A DNA stretch of 64,000 nucleotides, taken from Candidatus Moranbacteria bacterium RIFCSPHIGHO2_01_FULL_55_24 (GTDB lineage Bacteria; Patescibacteriota; Minisyncoccia; Moranbacterales; UBA1568). The translations under genes and the position numbers were made by a program. The stretch lies in the NCBI GenBank assembly GCA_001786575.1, contig MFRW01000001.1, positions 22,179 to 86,178 of the forward strand, in the 5' to 3' direction. Within the stretch, counting starts at the first letter, position 1. Each line of letters begins with the position of its first letter. Shown piece by piece: positions 1 to 9,189 of this stretch. The notes under the pieces were generated by a model that did not search any database, had not been told where the DNA came from, and saw nothing but the letters and a program-made list of their open reading frames with translations.

Positions 1-861
1 TTCCATCCGCTTGCGGTAAAGATCGCCTTCGTCTTCGTGCTCGTCGGGTACGGGACCAAAGTCGGCCTCGCACCGCTCCACGCCTGGCTCCCGGATGCCC
101 ACAGCAAGGCGCCTTCGCCTATTTCCGCGCTCCTCTCGGGAGTGCTTCTGAATGTCGCCCTCTTCGCAGTGCTCCGCTTCAAGGGAGTGGCGGACCTCGC
201 TTTGGGAGACGCAGTGTTTACGGGACAGCTCCTTATCTTCTTCGGAATGCTTTCGCTCGCCATCGCTTCGCTCATCATCTTCGTCCAGAAGAACTACAAG
301 CGTCTGCTTGCCTATTCGAGCATCGAGCACATGGGCATCATGGCGCTCGGTTTCGGCTTCGGGGGGCTCGGCGCCTATGCGGCGCTTCTCCACATGCTCT
401 ACCACGCGCTGGCGAAGTCGCTCCTCTTCCTCTCGGCAGGAAATATCTTTCTCCGCTACAGTTCGACCAAACTCAAGAACATTTCCGGCGTCCTCTCGGC
501 GCTTCCGGTGACTGGCGTCCTCTTCTTCGGGGGATTCCTCATGATCGCCGGCATGCCGCCGTTCGGCATCTTCACGAGCAAGTTCCTGCTTCTCTCTGCC
601 GGCATCGGCGCGCATCCTTGGGTGACGGGAGTAGCACTCTTCCTGATCGCTCTCGTGTTTTTCGGATTCTTCAAGCATGTGACCGCTCTCGCTTTCGGCA
701 AGCCGGCCGAAACGATCGAGATCGGCGAGAGCCGCAACCCGCTGACCATTCTGCCGCTCGTGGCGCTTGCGCTCCTCATCGTTTTCCTCTCCTGGCGTTT
801 CCCGGCATCGCTCGAAATGCTCATCCGGCTCGCCGCGGAGCAGCTCATCCTCAATTCATAG
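1..861 (+). CDS. NuoL/M/N-family proton-translocating membrane subunit (complex I / Mrp antiporter / hydrogenase-4 type), 5' truncated by window edge
   Basis: Frame 1 is open from nt 1. Motif GLAPLHAWLPDAHSKAPSPISALLSG is typical of NuoN/NuoM/MnhD. Several hydrophobic helices follow. Confidence 0.75.
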   Translation, partial: FHPLAVKIAFVFVLVGYGTKVGLAPLHAWLPDAHSKAPSPISALLSGVLLNVALFAVLRFKGVADLALGDAVFTGQLLIFFGMLSLAIASLIIFVQKNYKRLLAYSSIEHMGIMALGFGFGGLGAYAALLHMLYHALAKSLLFLSAGNIFLRYSSTKLKNISGVLSALPVTGVLFFGGFLMIAGMPPFGIFTSKFLLLSAGIGAHPWVTGVALFLIALVFFGFFKHVTALAFGKPAETIEIGESRNPLTILPLVALALLIVFLSWRFPASLEMLIRLAAEQLILNS

Positions 862-871
862 GTCCACGCAT

Positions 872-2461
872 ATGACAGACATCGCCCACATCGTTTCGCG
901 CTACGGGATCGCCGGATACCCGGGACAGCTTTCCGGGAATACCTATGCCTTTCCGGTTCCTGAAGGGGACCTGGTTTCCGTCATAGAGAATCTGAAGGGT
1001 ATCCACGGCTTGCCGCTCAAGACGGTCGCAGCGACGGATGAGCGCGAGACGCATGGGACGTTCCGCATCTACTATGTTTTCGGCATCCCGAAAGAAGGGA
1101 TTTTCCTGGTGCCGTACTTGAACGTCGACAAGTACACCCAGGTGTTCCCGTCGCTGACGCCCTTGTATCATGAGTTTTCCGCGTACGAGAAAGAGATCAA
1201 GTCCTTCTTCGGCCTGCTTCCAGCCGGGCATCCGGATGCCAAGCGCGTCATTCTCCATAGCGAGACGTTCCCGAAGAACTTGTACCCGCTTCTCAAGGAC
1301 TTCGCCTGGGATAGCAAGACCACCCTTTCCGAAGAAGAACGCGAATGGCCGGAGTTCCAGACCTATGCCGGAGAAGGCGTGTATGAGATTCCGGTAGGGC
1401 CGGTCCATGCCGGCATCATCGAGCCAGGCCACTTCCGCTTCAGCATGCTCGGGGAAGAGATGCTCCGCCTCGAGCCGCGTCTCGGCTATGTCCATAAGGG
1501 GACCGAGAAGCTCTTCGAGCACCTGCCGATGGAGGACAAGCTCAAGCTTTCCGAACGCATTTCCGGCGACAGTTCCTTCCATCACGCGCTCGCTTGGAGC
1601 CAGGCGGTTGAGACGCTTGCCGGGGTGACGGTATCTGAAAAGGCGCGCATCCTCCGGGTAGTGTATGCGGAACTGGAGCGCCTGGCCAACCACTTCAATG
1701 ACCTGGCCTTCATCATGCTCGACACGGGCTTCAGTTTCGGCGGTTCGCACGGGACCAGGATCCGGGAACGCATCCTCCAGTGGAACGAGAAGCTTTCCGG
1801 CAGCCGTTTCCTGCGCGGGGTGGTCATGCCCGGCGGCGTGACGAAAGACATCTCTACCGAAACGATCGACGAGCTCCAGAATGATCTCGATGTCATAGAG
1901 AAAGACTTTTCCGAAGTGATCGAAGTCGCCGAAGAGACCGTATCCGTGCTCAATCGTTTGAAGACTACCGGTATCTTGGACCGGGACGTCGCAGAAGACC
2001 ACGGCGCGCTCGGCGTGGCTGCCCGGGCCGTAGGGCTCGGCCTCGATGCCCGCGCGGATTACCCGTACGCCGAATATCAGAATATCCAGTTCTCGGTGCC
2101 GACCGAAGAGACCGGAGACGTGTACGCCCGCTATCGGATCCGTGTCCGCGAGGCGCACCAGTCATTCCGCATCCTGCATCAGGCGCTGACGATGGCGCTC
2201 CATGCCGAAGGACCGCTTGCTCTCGAGCTCCCGTCCCTGCCCGCCGATAGTCAGGCCGTCGGTATCGTCGAGGGTTTCCGCGGCGATATCGTGTACTTCG
2301 TGAAGACCGACCAGCAAGGCAAGATCACCCGGGTGAAGGTCCGCGACACCTCGTTCATCAACTGGACGGTCTTCCCGTATATCGTCAGCCGCGATGTCAT
2401 CCCGGACTTCCCGCTCATCAACAAGAGCTTCAATCTCTCCTATACTGGAAACGATCTCTAG
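872..2461 (+). CDS. Fused NuoC-NuoD-like / group-4 [NiFe]-hydrogenase large-subunit homologue lacking Ni-ligating cysteines (Ehr-type)
   Basis: ATG at 872 is in frame with ORF 767..2461. N-terminal NuoC-like region then NuoD/HycE-like core (GPVHAGIIEPGHFRF, LEPRLGYVHKG). The position of the RxCGxC motif reads ERISGDSSFHH. The C-terminal DPCxxCxxH position reads RDTSFINWTVFP. Confidence 0.8.
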   Translation: MTDIAHIVSRYGIAGYPGQLSGNTYAFPVPEGDLVSVIENLKGIHGLPLKTVAATDERETHGTFRIYYVFGIPKEGIFLVPYLNVDKYTQVFPSLTPLYHEFSAYEKEIKSFFGLLPAGHPDAKRVILHSETFPKNLYPLLKDFAWDSKTTLSEEEREWPEFQTYAGEGVYEIPVGPVHAGIIEPGHFRFSMLGEEMLRLEPRLGYVHKGTEKLFEHLPMEDKLKLSERISGDSSFHHALAWSQAVETLAGVTVSEKARILRVVYAELERLANHFNDLAFIMLDTGFSFGGSHGTRIRERILQWNEKLSGSRFLRGVVMPGGVTKDISTETIDELQNDLDVIEKDFSEVIEVAEETVSVLNRLKTTGILDRDVAEDHGALGVAARAVGLGLDARADYPYAEYQNIQFSVPTEETGDVYARYRIRVREAHQSFRILHQALTMALHAEGPLALELPSLPADSQAVGIVEGFRGDIVYFVKTDQQGKITRVKVRDTSFINWTVFPYIVSRDVIPDFPLINKSFNLSYTGNDL

Positions 2462-2489
2462 GAGGTATTCTCGAAAGGACATCGGAAGA

Positions 2490-2521
2490 ATCCCCGGAAT
2501 CATGATTCCGGGGATTTTTTT
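2490..2521 (+). terminator. Rho-independent terminator
   Basis: Perfect 12-bp stem ATCCCCGGAATC/GATTCCGGGGAT with a 2-nt loop, followed by TTTTTTT. Confidence 0.8.
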
Positions 2522-2541
2522 GACCATTCCCTGCGAGGAGG

Positions 2542-3756
2542 GTGTATAATGGAAACATGAACAGAAAATATCTCATCTTCGGAATTTTCGCGGTGTTTTT
2601 TCTCATTCTTGCGGGAGTAGCATGGAACTATTTGGGATTGGATCGGAAAACCTCGACTCCGGGCGAGAAAGTCGTCTTGGATGAGAGGGAGAAAGTCTCT
2701 CCCGAGGATCAGACCGGAGCGGTCGCAGAGAAAGAGTGGGTGACAGAGACGGTCGCAGAAGGGCTCGTCGTCCCGTGGAGCCTCGCTTTTACGGCCGAGA
2801 ACCGTATGCTGGTGACCGAGCGGCCGGGGAGGGTCCGGGCCATCGTGGACGGGGAGCTCCTCGAGAAACCGCTCTACACATTCAAGGACGTCTCTTCGAC
2901 CGGCGAGGAGGGTCTCATGGGACTTGCAATCGATCCGCACTACGCGGAGAACCGCTACCTCTACGTTTCTTATGCCTACGGCAGTCCGCTTCGGGTGAAG
3001 GTGGTGCGTCTCAAGGACGAGGGCGAAGCGCTTTCCGAGCCTACGGTGATTCTGGATAAGATTCCGGCCGCACAGTATCATGCCGGCTCGCGCCTGAAGT
3101 TCGGTCCTGATAAGGCTCTGTACATCACGACGGGGGATGCCACGGATAAGGCGCTCGCCCAGAACATGCAGAGTCTTGCCGGGAAGATCCTCCGGATCAA
3201 CACGGACGGCTCGATTCCGGAGGATAATCCGGATCCGGCGAGCCTGGTCTATAGCTACGGTCATCGCAATCCGCAGGGTATCGCTTGGGATCCGTATTCC
3301 GGAGAGATGTATGCGACGGAGCATGGGCCAAGCGTTTTCGACGGTCCGGCCGGAGGCGATGAAGTGAACCATATCATGCCGGGCGCGAACTATGGTTGGC
3401 CGCTCGTCTCGCATGAGAAGAAGCTGGACGGTACCGAAGAGCCGCTGCTTCTCTTTACGCCGGCGATCGCGCCGTCCGGGGCGACGTTCTACTCGAGCGA
3501 TAAGATCCCGCAGTTTACGGGGAAGTTCTTCTGGACAGCACTCAAGGGAGAAGGGGTGTTCATGGGAACGGTGGATGTGGAAGACCCGGATGATTTCGAT
3601 GATTATGAGAAATTGCCGAACCTTGATTATGGGCGGATCCGCGACATCGTCGAGGGACCGGATGGTGCGTTGTATTTCCTGACGAGTAACCGGGACGGCC
3701 GCGGCAAGCCGCAAGCGGGGGACGACAAAGTCATCCGGTTGAGAACCAAGGAATAA
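2542..3756 (+). CDS. PQQ-dependent sugar dehydrogenase (soluble quinoprotein glucose/sorbosone dehydrogenase family), signal-anchored
   Basis: N-terminal hydrophobic anchor then beta-propeller motifs (LVVPWSLAF, GLMGLAIDP, GSRLKFGPDKALYITTGD, YSYGHRNPQGIAWD, GWPLVSHE). GTG at 2542 or ATG at 2557. GGAGGAGGG RBS upstream. Confidence 0.7.
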   Translation: MYNGNMNRKYLIFGIFAVFFLILAGVAWNYLGLDRKTSTPGEKVVLDEREKVSPEDQTGAVAEKEWVTETVAEGLVVPWSLAFTAENRMLVTERPGRVRAIVDGELLEKPLYTFKDVSSTGEEGLMGLAIDPHYAENRYLYVSYAYGSPLRVKVVRLKDEGEALSEPTVILDKIPAAQYHAGSRLKFGPDKALYITTGDATDKALAQNMQSLAGKILRINTDGSIPEDNPDPASLVYSYGHRNPQGIAWDPYSGEMYATEHGPSVFDGPAGGDEVNHIMPGANYGWPLVSHEKKLDGTEEPLLLFTPAIAPSGATFYSSDKIPQFTGKFFWTALKGEGVFMGTVDVEDPDDFDDYEKLPNLDYGRIRDIVEGPDGALYFLTSNRDGRGKPQAGDDKVIRLRTKE

Positions 3757-3775
3757 GCGAGTTGGGAAAAAGAAA

Positions 3776-3803
3776 AGACCCTCTTTCGGGAGGGTCTTTT
3801 TTC
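3776..3803. terminator. Bidirectional intrinsic terminator between convergent genes
   Basis: Stem AGACCCTC/GAGGGTCT with a 6-nt loop, T-runs on both sides. Confidence 0.7.
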
Positions 3804-3822
3804 TCTTTTTCTCTAAGGAAAG

Positions 3823-4368
3823 TTAGGCCTTGTTTTCCTGGAGATACTTGAGCATAGTGTCCGCGTCGCTTACTTCGAACGGATCATCCTGGCAGTTGTC
3901 GGAGTAGCCCTTCTCGACGAACATCTGCTTGATCGTCCCGTCCTCGACGTACATGGAGTAGCGCCAGGAACGGTCGCCGAAGCCCAAGTTCTCTTTCCGG
4001 ACGAGCATTCCCATCTTGCGGGTGAATTCGGCGTTTCCGTCGGGAAGCATGAAGACCTTCTGGGCACCCAGCTTGTCTGCCCATTGCTTCATGACGTAAG
4101 CATCGTTGACGGAGAGGCAGATGACTTCGTCTACGCCGAGCGCTTTGAATTCATCGTATTTGGCCTCATAGCCCGGAACGTGCGTCGAAGAGCAGGTCGG
4201 AGTGAAGGCGCCAGGCAGAGCGAAGAGTACGATCTTCTTGCCTTTGAACACATCATCGGTCGTGAGATCCTGCCAGCGGTAAGGATTCTCTCCGCCGACG
4301 GATTCATCGCGGACGCGGGTCTTGAAGACGACGTCCGGCACTTTCTGGTTGACTAAAGTATGCGACAT
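3823..4368 (-). CDS. Peroxiredoxin, Prx5/type-2 (AhpC/TSA family)
   Basis: Motif LFALPGAFTPTCS with peroxidatic Cys. Length 181 aa, typical of Prx5-like thiol peroxidases. Confidence 0.85.
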   Translation of the reverse strand: MSHTLVNQKVPDVVFKTRVRDESVGGENPYRWQDLTTDDVFKGKKIVLFALPGAFTPTCSSTHVPGYEAKYDEFKALGVDEVICLSVNDAYVMKQWADKLGAQKVFMLPDGNAEFTRKMGMLVRKENLGFGDRSWRYSMYVEDGTIKQMFVEKGYSDNCQDDPFEVSDADTMLKYLQENKA

Positions 4369-4473
4369 ACGTTTGAAAAAAATGATTATTTCGGATGCCT
4401 TGAAGCATCACTTTATTTTACCTTACCGGAAACGGGTGTCAAGCAGCTTTCTCGAAATGTGGTGTAATATTTT

Positions 4474-5589
4474 TCAGCGAAGAGAAGTGTAGCCTCCTGG
4501 TATGCCTTCTTTCGAGAGGATGATCTGCCAGAGCTGGTTCTTGCGCGCCCTGAATGAGGCGGCGCAGGAAAGGAGGTAATACTTCCACATGCGCCGGAAG
4601 CGCTCACGGTAATTCTTCTGCAGTTCCGGCCAGGCGGCTTCGAAATTCCGATGCCATGCCATGAGCGTCTTGTCGTAGTCGGCGCCGAAGTTATGCCAGT
4701 CTTCCATGACGAACAGTCCTTCGATGGACTTGCCGATCTGGCTTGTAGAGGGAAGCATGCCGTTCGGGAAGATGTAGCGGTCGAGCCAGGAGTCTGTCCT
4801 CCGGACAGAAGTGTTGCTGCCGATGGTATGGAGGAGAAAGCGTCCGTCTCTCTTGAGCAGCCGGGAAGCTGTTTCCATATAGGTACGGTAATTCTTGGAC
4901 CCGACGTGCTCGAACATGCCGAGAGAGACGATATGATCGAATGCTCCGGATGTCTCCCGGTAGTCTTCCAAGCGGATTTCTACCGGAAGTCCGGCGCAAA
5001 GTTCTCTGGCGAGTGCGGCCTGTTCCTGGGAAATGGTGATGCCGACTACCTCTACTCCGTAGCGCTCGGCGGCAAAACGAGCGAAGCTGCCCCAACCGCA
5101 GCCGATATCCAGCACTTTCTGTCCCGGCCGGAGGCCGAGTTTCCGGCAGACGAGATCGAGCTTGGCTTCCTGGGCCTGATTGAGGCTGTCCGTGTCTTTC
5201 CAATAGCCGCACGTATAGACAAGTCGCTTATCCAGCATGGCCTGATAGAGGTCGTTCCCGATGTCGTAGTGGCGTTCGCCGACTTGGAAAGCGCGCCGCT
5301 TCGATTGGCGGTTCAGGAGAAGGGAAGAGAAGAAAAAGAAAAGTTCCGGCAGGGAGAAGACTTGCTTCTTGTTGAGCCCTGCTTGGAATATCCGAGTGAA
5401 GAATTCATCGAGAGCCGGCACATCCCACCAGCCATCCATATAGGACTCGCCGAGGCCTAAGGAACCCTCCCGGAACACCCGCGAGAAAAAACGCTCGTCA
5501 TGGACCGTAAGATCCCACGGCCGTGAACCGCCGATCTCGATGTCGGCTTTGGCAAGCAATTCCGCCGCTTTTTTCTCGAGTGTTTCCAT
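4474..5589 (-). CDS. cfa: Cyclopropane-fatty-acyl-phospholipid synthase
   Basis: SAM-MTase motif VLDIGCGWGSFARFAAERYG plus the conserved CFA synthase C-terminal region (LMAWHRNFEAAW, YYLLSCAASFRAR). Confidence 0.85.
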   Translation of the reverse strand: METLEKKAAELLAKADIEIGGSRPWDLTVHDERFFSRVFREGSLGLGESYMDGWWDVPALDEFFTRIFQAGLNKKQVFSLPELFFFFSSLLLNRQSKRRAFQVGERHYDIGNDLYQAMLDKRLVYTCGYWKDTDSLNQAQEAKLDLVCRKLGLRPGQKVLDIGCGWGSFARFAAERYGVEVVGITISQEQAALARELCAGLPVEIRLEDYRETSGAFDHIVSLGMFEHVGSKNYRTYMETASRLLKRDGRFLLHTIGSNTSVRRTDSWLDRYIFPNGMLPSTSQIGKSIEGLFVMEDWHNFGADYDKTLMAWHRNFEAAWPELQKNYRERFRRMWKYYLLSCAASFRARKNQLWQIILSKEGIPGGYTSLR

Positions 5590-5734
5590 ACGCCGAAGCG
5601 AAAGAGAGTTCTTCCTGGAAAAGACGAAAAGGTATTGGAGTGTATTATAGAATATCCGGAAAATCCTGCATAGGGCCTCCGGACATGTTTCTACAGAGGG
5701 GTTCCAAGGAATCGGCTTTGTCTGATCCAGACAC

Positions 5735-5764
5735 TAAAAAACCGCCCCATGAAGGGCGGTTTTA
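5735..5764 (-). terminator. Intrinsic terminator downstream of csp (minus strand)
   Basis: AAACCGCCC / GGGCGGTTT stem. On the minus strand it is followed by a T-run. Confidence 0.7.
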
Positions 5765-5778
5765 GGTATCGGGGCCGA

Positions 5779-5976
5779 TTAGGCGCGGGATACGTTGGTA
5801 GCTGCTGGGCCTTTCTCACCTTGGGTCACTTCGAAAGTAACCTTGTCTCCGACCTGGAGCTCGTTGAAAGTAACGCCAGAGAGCTCGTTCGAATGGAAAA
5901 ACAGGTCCTTTTCCTCGCCTTCGCGAGAAATGAATCCGAATCCCTTTTCCGTGAGCGTCTTGATTGTTCCGTCCAT
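5779..5976 (-). CDS. Cold-shock protein, CspA family
   Basis: 65 aa. RNP motifs KGFGFI and FFHSNEL; S1-like cold-shock domain. Confidence 0.9.
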   Translation of the reverse strand: MDGTIKTLTEKGFGFISREGEEKDLFFHSNELSGVTFNELQVGDKVTFEVTQGEKGPAATNVSRA

Positions 5977-6114
5977 AGTTTTATGTGTGGGCTATAGTTG
6001 CTTTGAAATTCGACGACGTTTCATTCTGCGTTAATTGCATGTGCTAAGAATAACACATACTGGGAAAAAGTAAAGGAGGAGGGGAATTCGATCCCTATCC
6101 ATCTGACAATACCA

Positions 6115-6145
6115 TAAATAAAAAAGCCCCTAGGAGGCTTGTTTA
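6115..6145. terminator. Possible weak hairpin terminator in AT-rich spacer
   Basis: AAGCC/GGCTT stem with a 7-nt loop, flanked by A-run and T-run. Could serve the minus-strand hypothetical gene. Confidence 0.3.
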
Positions 6146-6233
6146 TTTGTGTATGTTGGGCTTATTGGATGCGTTCGGAACTGTGAATTGGAAAGAGGTA
6201 GCCACTGAGCTAAAAAGCTTAGATTTATTTTAG

Positions 6234-6839
6234 TTAGTTAGAGGATTTTAGAACAATCTTTATTAATTTATATTTCGATTCTTCTATTACAAGAATAATT
6301 TTTCTGAATGGAGATTTGAGAGTATTAGATTCTTCTTGTTTGCGAAGATAGGCAAGTATTTCAGATTTTTGCTTATCTATTCCAGCAACTAAATCACCAC
6401 TGTCGTATATTAGTAAATCAATACTTTCTAAAGTTTTATCGTATTGAGAATACTTTGAGTTTTTACTCGCTACTAATCTCTTTAAAGCTTCTATCCTTTC
6501 TGGACTTTGAGGTAAAGACCTCAGCACCCCAGCAGATAGCGGTGTTTCTGTTCCGTCATCCTCAATCTTAAATATAGTATCAATGACTTTTAAGTTCCCT
6601 ATATCTTCCTTATGAATGAAGTTTTTGCTAAGGAGTCTGCCAACATAATTTGGAATATTTTTAAATCTACCACTAGTGGGGGTGTCAAAATACTGTGTAA
6701 CTTCAACCCCGAAAAGGATGTTGCTAGAATTATCCTTTAATATAAAATCTGGATTTTCAGAGGAATTGATGAGGCTATATTCAGACTCAGGATAAAAAGT
6801 CCTTAGTATTTTAAGCTCACCTGGCTTCTTTTTATTCAT
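6234..6839 (-). CDS. Hypothetical protein, low-GC (about one-third GC by eye), no recognisable domain
   Basis: The 230-aa ORF 6234..6926 overlaps tRNA-Gln. The internal ATG at 6839 (MNKKKPGELKIL...) gives 202 aa clear of the tRNA. Composition differs sharply from flanking genes. Confidence 0.5.
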   Translation of the reverse strand: MNKKKPGELKILRTFYPESEYSLINSSENPDFILKDNSSNILFGVEVTQYFDTPTSGRFKNIPNYVGRLLSKNFIHKEDIGNLKVIDTIFKIEDDGTETPLSAGVLRSLPQSPERIEALKRLVASKNSKYSQYDKTLESIDLLIYDSGDLVAGIDKQKSEILAYLRKQEESNTLKSPFRKIILVIEESKYKLIKIVLKSSN

Positions 6840-6853
6840 ACTTCTAGATCTAG

Positions 6854-6925
6854 CTGGGGAGGAAGGGATCGAACCTTCGCATGGGGGCTTCAAAGGCCCC
6901 TGCCTTACCGCTTGGCTACTCCCCA
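6854..6925 (-). tRNA. tRNA-Gln (anticodon UUG)
   Basis: Minus-strand sequence UGGGGAGUAGCCAAGCGGUAAGGCAGGGGCCUUUGAAGCCCCCAUGCGAAGGUUCGAUCCCUUCCUCCCCAG. 7-bp acceptor stem; anticodon loop CUUUGAA; GGTTCGATCC T-arm; close to E. coli tRNA-Gln. CCA is not encoded. Confidence 0.85.
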
Positions 6926-6939
6926 AGAAGCGTCTTAGT

Positions 6940-8583
6940 TTAGACGCTTTCAGCGATGCGTCCGCCGAGCATGCTCATGGCCTGGCTGATGAGGGGATTG
7001 TCCGAAAGAGATTCTCTGGGAGAATTCTTCTGCGATCCCTCGGCTACGATGACACGGAGGCGGATTTTTGTCCCTAAAATCCTATCAAACGCCTCCATGA
7101 GTGTCAATTGATTGTGGGCTTCATCGAGACGCTCTTTGTGGAAAGGATAACGGACGGCGATCACGAGGAAGTTGTCTTCCAGCGAGCGCGGTTCCGCCGT
7201 CGAAAGAGCGAGAGAAAGCGAGGCGTTCAGGTCCTTGGCGGTACCGAGGAAGCGCTGCCAATGCTCCCGTATGTCCTCGATGCTGAAAGAAAGCTTTTCT
7301 GGGGCAGAGGTTTCAGTTTCGCTAAGGGTGTTTTTTGTCGTTGTGGCTGTTTTTGTTTGGGATTTTTTTGGCGTTTCTCTCGTTTCTTTCTGCGGCTGGC
7401 TGGGGGCTTCCGGCGCGCCTTCCTGTTCTCCTCCCGGCGCGTCTCCGGGATTTCCCGGTTGCGGTCCTGGTCCGGCTAGAGGAGGGGTTTTCGGAGCGAG
7501 AAGAGTGATGATCTTCACGACCGCGATTTCCAGCGGAAGCTCGAGGATGACGGTGTTCTTGCTTTCGCGTTGGGCGATCTGGAGGATTTCCAGCATGGAA
7601 ACGACCTCATTCGGAGAAAACGCCTGGGCGAGAAGGAGGATGTCGCTCTTGTCGGTTTCGCTTAGGTGAGGGAGGGCTTCCAGGCCGCGCTCCGGCTCGG
7701 CAGATACGAGAAGCAAGTCGCGCAGATAGTGGATGAGCGCTGTGAGGAACACCGAGAGATCACGGCCGTCCTGGGAGAGGGTGCGCACGAAGGCGAGTGC
7801 AGAAGGGAGGTCGCGCTCGGCGATGCGGGAGAGGAGGTTGTGGAAGGCATCTCGGCGAGCTGTCCCGAGAATCTCGATCACCTGGGCCTCTGTGATCTTC
7901 CCTTGGCCGAGGGAGGATATCTGGGTGAGGAGGGATTCGGCGTCGCGCATGCCGCCTTCTGCAGCGAGAGCGATCATTTCGAGAGCGCCTTTCTCGATCT
8001 TGAACTTTTCTTCTTTCGCGATCTTCTCCAGCTTGGCGACGATATCGGCAATCGGGAAACGGGAGAGGTCGAAGCGCTGGCAGCGGGACAGGATGGTGTC
8101 GGGTATCTTATGGAGCGCCGTCGTGGCGAGGATGAAGAGCGCGTGGCGAGGAGGCTCTTCGAGGGTTTTCAGGAGCGCATTCCAGGCTCCGGCAGAGAGC
8201 ATATGCACCTCGTCGATGATGTAGATCTTGTGGGACCCCAGAGAAGGCGGGAGCGCGATGGTCTCGCGCAGCTCGCGGATGTTGTCGACGCCGGTATGGG
8301 AAGCGGCATCGATCTCGATGATATCGAGCGAGCGGCCTTCGCTCATGAGGATGCAGTGCTCGCATTTGCCGCAGGGCTCCGCGCCTTTCCGATCCAAACA
8401 GTTCACTGCTTTCGCGAAGATGCGGGCCAGGGTCGTCTTGCCGGTCCCGCGCGGCCCGGTGAAGAGGTAGGCTTGGCCGACTTTGCCGAGGCGTAAAGCG
8501 TTCTCGAGCGTGGTAACGATGTGTTTCTGTCCGACAACGTCGGAGAATGTCTGCGGGCGATACTTCCGATACAGGGTAGTCAT
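6940..8583 (-). CDS. dnaX: DNA polymerase III subunit gamma/tau
   Basis: N-terminus MTTLYRKYRPQTFSDVVGQ. Walker A GPRGTGKTT. Zn module CGKCEHC. Motifs IIDEVHML and SRC. Pro/Thr-rich linker and C-terminal domain. Confidence 0.9.
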   Translation of the reverse strand: MTTLYRKYRPQTFSDVVGQKHIVTTLENALRLGKVGQAYLFTGPRGTGKTTLARIFAKAVNCLDRKGAEPCGKCEHCILMSEGRSLDIIEIDAASHTGVDNIRELRETIALPPSLGSHKIYIIDEVHMLSAGAWNALLKTLEEPPRHALFILATTALHKIPDTILSRCQRFDLSRFPIADIVAKLEKIAKEEKFKIEKGALEMIALAAEGGMRDAESLLTQISSLGQGKITEAQVIEILGTARRDAFHNLLSRIAERDLPSALAFVRTLSQDGRDLSVFLTALIHYLRDLLLVSAEPERGLEALPHLSETDKSDILLLAQAFSPNEVVSMLEILQIAQRESKNTVILELPLEIAVVKIITLLAPKTPPLAGPGPQPGNPGDAPGGEQEGAPEAPSQPQKETRETPKKSQTKTATTTKNTLSETETSAPEKLSFSIEDIREHWQRFLGTAKDLNASLSLALSTAEPRSLEDNFLVIAVRYPFHKERLDEAHNQLTLMEAFDRILGTKIRLRVIVAEGSQKNSPRESLSDNPLISQAMSMLGGRIAESV

Positions 8584-8703
8584 AGTGAGCGGGGTCTTAG
8601 GAAAAAGGAGGAGTTGTTTTCTCTTATTATACAGCCATCAAGGGAAGAAAAAAAGCCTCGTAAGAAAGAGGCTTTTTCAGTCCCTTATATCCCTTGGAAG
8701 GCG

Positions 8704-9165
8704 TTATTTCTTGAAGACGAAGAACTTGTAGCCGACGAAGTTCCAGACAAGCGAGAGGCCGGTTGCCATAAGTTTGGCGACGTTGGCCCAGAGAACTGCC
8801 GAGAGGCCGAAGAGCGGCGGGATGAAGTAGGTGATGCCGGAGAGCACGCCGCCGTTTATGATGATGCCGACGACGCTTACGGCCAAGAACTGGGAGAATT
8901 TCACCGGCTCTTTCTCCGAAACACTCTTGTCTTCGAAGGTCCAGCGCTTGTTCATGAAGTAGCTGTTGATGACAGCCACGGAGAAGGAGATGGTGTTCAG
9001 GACGAAGAGCTCGATTCCGGCGGTAATCCCGGTCAGATAGATGAGGATATTCAGTACGAGGAAATCGATTCCCGTATTGACGCCGCCGACGATGATGAAT
9101 TTGGAAAACTGCTTAACAAGCTTCGCGAGCGGATTCTGGGCCGCCTGGGTCTGGATAGTATCCAT
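8704..9165 (-). CDS. GtrA-family membrane protein (polysaccharide biosynthesis-associated)
   Basis: 153 aa with 4 TM segments. Motifs FSKFIIVGGVNTGIDF ... NKRWTF ... typical of GtrA/DUF2304-like proteins. Confidence 0.7.
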   Translation of the reverse strand: MDTIQTQAAQNPLAKLVKQFSKFIIVGGVNTGIDFLVLNILIYLTGITAGIELFVLNTISFSVAVINSYFMNKRWTFEDKSVSEKEPVKFSQFLAVSVVGIIINGGVLSGITYFIPPLFGLSAVLWANVAKLMATGLSLVWNFVGYKFFVFKK

Positions 9166-9189
9166 GTTTCTGGAATAAAAATTTATAGC

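Noticed and set aside
767-871. Upstream in-frame extension of the hydrogenase-like gene (ORF 767..2461), and the similar extensions at 47064..47462 (pheT), 43755..43880 (secF), 16369..16410 (clpB) and 28230..28295 (Clp-like)
   Set aside because: The extensions overlap the 3' ends of upstream genes in another frame and encode Ser/Arg-rich junk. Internal ATGs give canonical N-termini (MTDIAHIV, MKYSYHWL, MLNIIQ, MNINKF).
6075-6100. GGTTCGATCC-like T-loop motif (GGGGAATTCGATCCCT) inside the low-GC islet, considered as an att-site copy of the tRNA-Gln 3' end
   Set aside because: Only about 10 nt match, in inverted orientation relative to tRNA-Gln, and no cloverleaf can be built around it. It is too weak to call an att repeat or pseudo-tRNA.
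6840-6926. N-terminal 29 codons of the 230-aa ORF 6234..6926 (MGSSQAVRQGPLKPPCEGSIPSSPARSRS)
   Set aside because: This stretch is the reverse-complement reading of tRNA-Gln. The CDS was trimmed to the ATG at 6839.
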